Shown: piece by piece, positions 63,843 through 64,000 of the stretch
Position numbering within the stretch: position 1 is the first letter of the stretch
How the letters are laid out: each line of letters begins with the position of its first letter
NCBI RefSeq assembly: GCF_964355755.1
Contig: NC_092676.1
Location: forward strand, 25,438,871-25,502,870
Direction: 5' to 3'
Length of the DNA: 64,000 bases
Source: Antedon mediterranea
Lineage: Eukaryota; Animalia; Echinodermata
Translations under genes and position numbers: made by a program
The notes under the pieces: generated by a model
Seen by the model: the letters and a program-made list of their open reading frames with translations, nothing else
The model's database searches: none
What the model was told of the DNA's origin: nothing

Positions 63843-64000
63843 CTGGACAAATTATTATTAATTGATTAAATTTTATGTGTCAAATATCAAATCAAATTTA
63901 TTTTATTCATCATCGTTATCAAAATATAAAGAAAAACCAGGTCGATAAAGTGATGAAAATGAAACACATAAAGCGATGAAAAGATCTTGATAAAAGTGTA

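Overview
This is an AT-rich, intron-rich animal genomic window; a marine invertebrate, possibly an echinoderm, is my inference only. By reading splice sites and phases by hand I reconstructed ten protein genes. They are ERGIC2 (-), three tandem SAT1/SAT2-like GNAT acetyltransferases (+), RPS11 (-), RIC3 (+), MRI1 (-), a 33-exon secreted protein of about 1746 aa (-), GCAT/KBL (-) and the 3' part of a USP44/USP49-like gene (-). RPS11 hosts two U35/SNORD35-like C/D snoRNAs and lies head-to-head with RIC3, only 86 bp between their ATGs. The secreted protein has the architecture signal peptide-TSP1-CUBx3-unidentified ~190 aa domain-CUBx9. Introns and spacers carry many mobile elements: Harbinger, hAT, Kolobok and Tc1-type MITEs, Helentron-like elements, Ginger-like elements, SINEs, a decayed LINE and a Penelope-type hammerhead remnant. 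There are also 59-, 48- and 58-bp tandem arrays. The most interesting observations are the CUB protein with its embedded unknown domain, the diverged acetyltransferase trio, and a four-element nested transposon stack in GCAT intron 1 with readable target duplications and many C/EBP-like palindromes. No CRISPR or other prokaryotic system is present.
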